Source: Bacteroidales bacterium (GTDB lineage Bacteria; Bacteroidota; Bacteroidia; Bacteroidales; UBA4417). From it: a stretch of 64,000 nucleotides of DNA. The notes beneath the pieces were generated by a model. The model did not search any database. It was not told where the DNA came from and saw only the letters and a program-made list of their open reading frames with translations. The stretch lies in NCBI GenBank assembly GCA_038204995.1, contig JBBRCH010000006.1, forward strand, positions 1,324-65,323, given 5' to 3'. The translations under genes were made by a program, and so were the position numbers. This document shows, piece after piece, positions 61,591 to 64,000 of the stretch (its first letter is position 1; each line of letters begins with the position of its first letter).

Positions 61591-62010
61591 TTGAGCCGAC
61601 TTGTACATATTTCTGAAGCTTCTTCCCTGGCTATACACAGCATGGCTCTGATTGCTTCTTCCGAAGTTAGTCTTAATGTAAAAAAAATAGCAGAAATTCT
61701 TCATGTTTCACGACATCACCTTGCTAAAATTTTGCAGGTACTGGCTAAAAACGAGTACCTTGAATCGAACCGTACTCCAGGTGGCGGTTTTATTTGTAAA
61801 AAGCAGGCCGATCAGATAAGTATTCCCGAAATATATCAATTGATTGAAGACGATTTGGATTGCGTGTTTTGTGGTATCAACGAAAACCGATGTCCTTTTA
61901 TCACTTGCATTTTCGGTGGAAAGCCGGACAAACTTACCAAGGAATTTGTTGAATATTTGAACCATACAAAAATTTCAGACCTGAAAACGAAAGACATTAC
62001 ATATGCTTAG
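61591..62010 (+). CDS. Rrf2 family transcriptional regulator, second tandem paralog
   Basis: The track ORF starts at TTG 61558. The in-frame TTG at 61591 aligns with paralog 1 ((M)SRLVHISEASSLAIHSMALIA). The HTH is IAEILHVSRHHLAKILQVLAKNEYLESNRTPGGGF. The Cys pattern is C-x2-C-x6-CPF-x2-C. Start choice is uncertain. Confidence 0.8.
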   Translation: MSRLVHISEASSLAIHSMALIASSEVSLNVKKIAEILHVSRHHLAKILQVLAKNEYLESNRTPGGGFICKKQADQISIPEIYQLIEDDLDCVFCGINENRCPFITCIFGGKPDKLTKEFVEYLNHTKISDLKTKDITYA

Positions 62011-62941
62011 AAAAATCATTCAGATTGACGAAGAGAAATGCAACGGATGCGGATTATGTATACCTAACTGCCATGAAGGAGCACTGCAGATAATAGATGG
62101 TAAAGCTCGCTTAATCAGTGACTTGTTTTGTGACGGACTAGGTGCATGTTTGGGTCATTGCCCTGAAGGAGCCATCGAAATTATTGAGCGTGAAGCAGAG
62201 CCATATAATGAAACTGTTGTTATGAAAACTATCGTAAGACAAGGGCGAAATACCATACTGGCTCATCTCGAACATCTGCGCGATCATAATGAGCACGAAT
62301 TCCTGAAAGAAGCCGTAGCATATATCAAAACGAATAATATAGACCTTAGTCCGGAAGCCGGAAAAAAACCGTCAGTGGAATCCAAAGTAAATTTTCCAAC
62401 TATGAAAGAAGCCTTGAACCATGTAAAACCTGAGCATGAAAGTGCATGTGGATGCGGAAGTTCCAAAACCATCGATTTTAAAATCGATATAGACAAAGTG
62501 AATGCTGCAGCAGCTGTTTCAGCAGTATCCGCTCAAACAAGTGAAGTTTACAATGCTCCATCAGAACTTCGGCAGTGGCCTGTTCAACTCCACCTGGTTA
62601 ATCCTATGGCATCCTATTTTCAAAAAGCGGATGTTGTTTTAGCTGCGGATTGTGTGGCTTTTGCTATGGGCGATTTTCATGAAAGTTTGCTTAAAAACAA
62701 ATCACTGGCAATTGCCTGCCCGAAACTTGATACCAATAAGGAAGTTTATATAGACAAGCTTTCAACCATGATCTCAGATGCAAAAATAAACACTCTTACA
62801 GTTCCGATTATGGAAGTTCCCTGTTGTGGCGGGTTGATCCAGATGGCCAAAATGGCTGTTCAGCAATCAGGACGAAATATACCGATCAAGAAAATAGTTG
62901 TTGGTATAAAAGGTGATATTCTGAACGAGGAATGGGTGTAG
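62003..62941 (+). CDS. 4Fe-4S dicluster ferredoxin-domain protein with Cys-rich C-terminal domain of unassigned function
   Basis: 312 aa. CNGCGLCIPNC and CDGLGACLGHCP are two ferredoxin-type cluster motifs. Further Cys motifs are ACGCGSS, AADCVAF, ACPKLD and MEVPCCGGL. Its start overlaps the upstream stop by 8 nt. Confidence 0.75.
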   Translation: MLRKIIQIDEEKCNGCGLCIPNCHEGALQIIDGKARLISDLFCDGLGACLGHCPEGAIEIIEREAEPYNETVVMKTIVRQGRNTILAHLEHLRDHNEHEFLKEAVAYIKTNNIDLSPEAGKKPSVESKVNFPTMKEALNHVKPEHESACGCGSSKTIDFKIDIDKVNAAAAVSAVSAQTSEVYNAPSELRQWPVQLHLVNPMASYFQKADVVLAADCVAFAMGDFHESLLKNKSLAIACPKLDTNKEVYIDKLSTMISDAKINTLTVPIMEVPCCGGLIQMAKMAVQQSGRNIPIKKIVVGIKGDILNEEWV

Positions 62942-63003
62942 ATCATTTGCAACCCTTTCAATTACTGTTACTCATTTCCACTAACTTTTAACCCATCCGA
63001 AAA

Positions 63004-63333
63004 ATGGAAAACGAAAAAATTAAACACAGCACTCCTTTTGTTTTCTCAGATTCAATCAGCTACCAGGTTGACGGTATCGTGAGCAAAAAAATTATCCAGA
63101 AGGAAAAAGGGAACATTACATTATTTGCATTTGATGCCGGTCAGAAACTAAGTGAGCATACAGCACCTTTTGATGCTTTGGCGCAGGTTATGCAGGGAAA
63201 TGCTGAAATAGTTATTGGTGGTACGCCCAACCTGATCAAGGCCGGGCAAAGCATTGTTATGCCTGCTAATATTCCGCATGCTGTAAATGCAAATGAGCGC
63301 TTCATTATGCTCTTAACCATGATCAGGGAATAA
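63004..63333 (+). CDS. cupin domain protein
   Basis: 109 aa. SEHTAPFDALAQVMQGNAEIVIGG...MPANIPHAV has the cupin_2 two-motif layout. Confidence 0.7.
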   Translation: MENEKIKHSTPFVFSDSISYQVDGIVSKKIIQKEKGNITLFAFDAGQKLSEHTAPFDALAQVMQGNAEIVIGGTPNLIKAGQSIVMPANIPHAVNANERFIMLLTMIRE

Positions 63334-63345
63334 TCCAGACTTATA

Positions 63346-63702
63346 ATGTTTCTTACTAAAAAACGTCGTGAAAGAGAAGCAATCATTGTTCAGACAATGA
63401 TAAAAATGTATTGTACGGCAACTCACAAGAGCAAAGGAATTTTATGCGATGAATGCCTGGCGCTTTCAGTTTATGCAGAGAAACGACTGCTCAGATGCAT
63501 GTACGGAGATTTGAAACCCGTGTGCAAGCATTGCCCTGTCCATTGTTATTCGCCGCACATGCGCGAACAAATGAAGCTGGTAATGCACTGGGCAGGACCA
63601 AGAATGATCTTTAGAAAGCCGGTTTTTGCTGTAATGCATTTGATTGATCATTTAACTGCTTCAAAAGCTGAAGATAAATCTTTCCGAAAACCGAATAAAT
63701 AG
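63346..63702 (+). CDS. nitrous-oxide-stimulated-promoter family protein (YgbA-like)
   Basis: 118 aa. It has KRREREAIIVQTMIKMYC, LCDECLALSVYAEKRLLRCMYGDLKPVCKHCPVHCYSPHMRE and VMHWAGPRM. This matches my memory of the YgbA_NO family pattern. Confidence 0.8.
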   Translation: MFLTKKRREREAIIVQTMIKMYCTATHKSKGILCDECLALSVYAEKRLLRCMYGDLKPVCKHCPVHCYSPHMREQMKLVMHWAGPRMIFRKPVFAVMHLIDHLTASKAEDKSFRKPNK

Positions 63703-63747
63703 AAATGAAAACATTTTAAGTATACTTAGTAACACTTATTTTTTACA

Positions 63748-63767
63748 GTGCCTCCGGGCGCATTTTT
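63748..63767 (+). terminator. intrinsic terminator after the ygbA-like gene
   Basis: GTGCC (63748..63752) pairs with GGCGC (63757..63761), including one G-U pair, across loop TCCG. The sequence A-TTTTT follows. Confidence 0.5.
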
Positions 63768-63845
63768 AATGCCTGATTTCTCCGGTACAAATCAATCAAA
63801 TTAATACCTTTGTAGCGGAATATCATTATATTATACCTTATTTTT

Positions 63846-64000
63846 ATGACAACTTCTACCTCTTCTGATCCGGCTACATCTGCCAATGTAATTGATATGT
63901 TTACAGTGGCAAACGAATTCTGCATTTTTACTGAAAAAGCTGAAAAATATGACCCGGACGAGGTGATACATTATTACTCCAAAATCTGTCCCTTGTTATA
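63846..64000 (+). CDS. hypothetical protein, N-terminal fragment (DUF5063-like by memory); continues beyond the window end
   Basis: The ATG at 63846 gives MTTSTSSDPATSANVIDMFTVANEFCIFTEKAEKYDPDEVIHYYSKICPLL. The open frame reaches the window edge. A TAnnTTTG box (TACCTTTG, 63805..63812) lies upstream. Confidence 0.45.
   Translation, partial: MTTSTSSDPATSANVIDMFTVANEFCIFTEKAEKYDPDEVIHYYSKICPLL

Overview
This is an AT-rich Bacteroidota-type chromosomal window. Supporting signs are three proteins with T9SS C-terminal sorting domains, a CarboxypepD_reg-type TonB-dependent receptor, TAnnTTTG-like promoter boxes, ribosomal protein L31 type B and a DUF1015 gene next to serA/serC. Positions 1-13.5 kb hold a minus-strand Wzx/Wzy-dependent exopolysaccharide/capsule locus, ordered in transcription as wza-wzc-wzx-GT-wzy-GT-CapA-like-ATP-grasp-GT4-ATP-grasp. 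Its export core is tightly packed, while its variable half is loosely spaced and visibly more AT-rich. A 1.45-kb ORF-free gap follows the locus. The remaining ~49 kb is mostly housekeeping: DUF47/PiT phosphate uptake, yggS, an orphan hybrid sensor kinase, the serC-serA-(four-helix-bundle)-DUF1015 genes, rpmE2, lon, dapA, ligA, miaA and a CCA-adding enzyme. It also encodes secreted peptidases (M1, M14, S9) and a TonB-dependent receptor. I recognised no rRNA, tRNA, CRISPR array, transposase, integrase or phage gene. The candidates most worth follow-up are: (1) a five-gene module at 61.1-63.7 kb (two tandem Rrf2 regulators, a Cys-rich 4Fe-4S protein, a cupin and a YgbA 'NO-stimulated promoter' family protein) with a shared 20-bp motif before both regulator genes; (2) a three-gene operon at 56.2-59.9 kb encoding an isocitrate/isopropylmalate-type dehydrogenase, an HD-domain protein whose HD dyad reads AD, and a fused LeuC-LeuD-type aconitase-family hydro-lyase; (3) duplicated ATP-grasp ligases plus a CapA-like metallophosphatase in the capsule locus; (4) an intergenic-only, single-strand motif AATGTGAATT; (5) a sigma-54-type -24/-12 promoter in front of lon. 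All functional calls come from reading the translated ORFs for motifs and from memory of protein families. No database search was run.
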